Of a DNA stretch of 64,000 bases, positions 62,522 through 64,000 are shown one piece after another. Source of the DNA: Candidatus Aenigmatarchaeota archaeon (GTDB taxonomy: Archaea > Aenigmatarchaeota > Aenigmatarchaeia > PWEA01); the NCBI GenBank assembly GCA_046539305.1, contig JBKHHE010000004.1:606-64605 (forward strand), read 5' to 3'. The notes below the pieces were generated by a model. The model did no database searches. It was not told the DNA's origin and was given only the letters and a program-made list of their open reading frames with translations. Position 1 is the first letter of the stretch. Each line of letters opens with the position of its first letter. The translations under genes were made by a program, and so were the position numbers.

Positions 62522-64000
62522 TTATCCTTTTCTTCTCTTAAACGCCTTCAAAGTTTCAAACCCGAACAGGAAAATCCCCGAGGCGCCCCAGACATAGATC
62601 CAGTCGGTCAAGGTGGGAGGTCCGAACATCAATATGTCACTCAGGAACGGACCATAAACTCCAAAGAAGACCATCCCTATTGAAAAAACGACCGACCATA
62701 ACAAAATTTTGTTTGTGAGTGACTTTCTACTGAAGATCGATGTCAACTCATGCCTCCTAGATAGGATGTTCACGAACTGACAGTAGGCGATGGTCAGGTA
62801 GGCTGAAGTGGTGGCTCTAGAATAAAGCAATGATTTGACTTTATCTCCAAGGAAAAATACTCCTTCCCGGAACATAAAAAACACGTAATTACCAAAGGCT
62901 AGAAGCCCGATAAGGAAACCAAAGAATAGGACTTCTATGGCGTCGAACTTATTGATTAAATGCTCGCTTTCTTTTCGGGGCGGAGAGCTCATAATTTCTT
63001 TGGAGGGCGGATCAAACGTCAAAAATGTTAGAGGTAGTAATTCAGCTAGTAAATCTATAGCAAGTATTTGAATGACAAGGATCGGTATAGCCCATCCAAA
63101 TAAGGCAACGCCAAGTAGGCCAAGTAGGACAGTAGCAAGTTCTGCCCCGTTGGTTGTCATTGAAGATAGAACTATTTTCTTAATATTATTATATATTGTA
63201 CGTCCTTCTCTGACTGCATCAACTAACGTTGAAAAGTTATCATCAAGTAAAACTAGTTGTGAAGATTCTTTAGCTACGTCAGTCCCAGTTTGGCCCATAG
63301 ATACACCTATATGAGCTTTCTTTAGAGCAGGTGCATCGTTAATACCATCTCCTGTAACAGCAACAACCTCATCGTTTTCTTCAAGAAGCTTGACTATCCT
63401 GAGTTTCTGTTTGGGATCAACCCTGGAGAAGATAATTGACTCTTTTTCCCCCATAAACTTGGTCAGTTCCTGATCATCCATTTTATAGAGATCTTTTCCA
63501 GTTAGAATAGGAGGATCATCCGATTCAGAGATTCCTATTTCTTCTCCCACTGCTCTGGCAGTGGTTGCATGATCTCCCGTAACCATAAATGTTTTTATAT
63601 GTGCTTTGTGTGCGGCCTGGATAGCTTCCTCAACACCCTCTTTTGGAGGATCCCTCATCCCCATAAGGCTCAAAAATATAGCATCCCTTTCCATTTCCTC
63701 AATATCTCCATCACGCATATCTGAATCAAGAGGTCTGTGGGCTATAGCAAGCACTCGCAAAGCTTCCTTTGAAAATTTTTCATTCACTTCTCTGATTCTT
63801 TCCTTGTCTTTTTCGGTGATCTCACGGACTTCACCGTTCTTGTAAATGTATTTGCTTATGGAAAGGATGCTTTCCACAGCACCTTTTATAGTTACAACAT
63901 CCCGATCCTGGAACTCTCTTAATGAGCTCATTCTCTTTCTTTCCGAATCAAAGGGGAATTGTTTAAGTTCTGGAACTTTCTCATCTTCTTCCGGGGAGTG
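62522..64000 (-). CDS. P-type cation-transporting ATPase, C-terminal part (continues beyond window)
   Basis: MVTGDH and VTGDGINDAPALK motifs plus C-terminal TM bundle. The frame stays open past the listed Met to nt 64000 and encodes FPFDSERKRMS. Confidence 0.9.
   Translation of the reverse strand, partial: HSPEEDEKVPELKQFPFDSERKRMSSLREFQDRDVVTIKGAVESILSISKYIYKNGEVREITEKDKERIREVNEKFSKEALRVLAIAHRPLDSDMRDGDIEEMERDAIFLSLMGMRDPPKEGVEEAIQAAHKAHIKTFMVTGDHATTARAVGEEIGISESDDPPILTGKDLYKMDDQELTKFMGEKESIIFSRVDPKQKLRIVKLLEENDEVVAVTGDGINDAPALKKAHIGVSMGQTGTDVAKESSQLVLLDDNFSTLVDAVREGRTIYNNIKKIVLSSMTTNGAELATVLLGLLGVALFGWAIPILVIQILAIDLLAELLPLTFLTFDPPSKEIMSSPPRKESEHLINKFDAIEVLFFGFLIGLLAFGNYVFFMFREGVFFLGDKVKSLLYSRATTSAYLTIAYCQFVNILSRRHELTSIFSRKSLTNKILLWSVVFSIGMVFFGVYGPFLSDILMFGPPTLTDWIYVWGASGIFLFGFETLKAFKRRKG

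Noticed and set aside
1-64000. Looked for rRNA genes, CRISPR arrays, IS elements or transposases, integrases and prophage genes.
   Set aside because: None found by eye. No long direct or inverted terminal repeats, and no recombinase-like ORFs among the track entries.

Overview
Archaeal chromosomal segment with about 70 tightly packed genes, mostly housekeeping. No rRNA, CRISPR array, transposase or integrase was seen. AT-rich TTTAAATA-type TATA boxes sit about 25-35 nt upstream of most start codons, so many genes look leaderless. Proteins are Glu/Asp/Lys-rich, which suggests a halophile-like or DPANN-like archaeon; that lineage call is inference only.

Recognisable content:
- A complete archaeal-type lower mevalonate pathway cluster: mvk, UbiD-like decarboxylase, aconitase-X large and small subunits, isopentenyl phosphate kinase.
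- Replication, repair and chromosome genes: DNA ligase, RecJ-like protein, topoisomerase IA, RadB, Hel308, SMC-ScpA-ScpB.
- Translation genes: thrS, S15, S3Ae, ABCE1.
- A glycolysis island: tpiA, class II fba, ADP-dependent sugar kinase, pgk, type I gap.
- tmk-thyX, Cdc48, an NFACT protein, Tpt1/KptA, several transporters and an ArsR-thioredoxin-permease operon.

Most notable non-standard signals:
1. A tRNA-Gln(UUG) gene split by three introns (D-loop, anticodon loop, T-loop), each in bulge-helix-bulge geometry. 71% of the gene is intron.
2. An orphan tRNA 3' half (T-arm, 3' acceptor strand, GCCA) with no 5' half nearby.
3. A promoter-equipped, roughly 165-nt highly structured ncRNA with RNase P RNA-like sequence blocks but far too small for a canonical RNase P RNA.
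4. A five-gene block of unknown function (22.1-27.7 kb): an Arg/Gly/Ser-rich disordered protein, a coiled-coil protein, two xylose-isomerase/AP-endonuclease-2-like TIM barrels, and a nucleotidyltransferase with a C2H2 zinc finger.
5. A convergently arranged RelE-type toxin and small antitoxin-like ORF, with a perfect 14-bp palindrome at the toxin promoter.
6. A short-armed SMC, a tandem-duplicated ThyX, and a class II aldolase with no canonical start codon.
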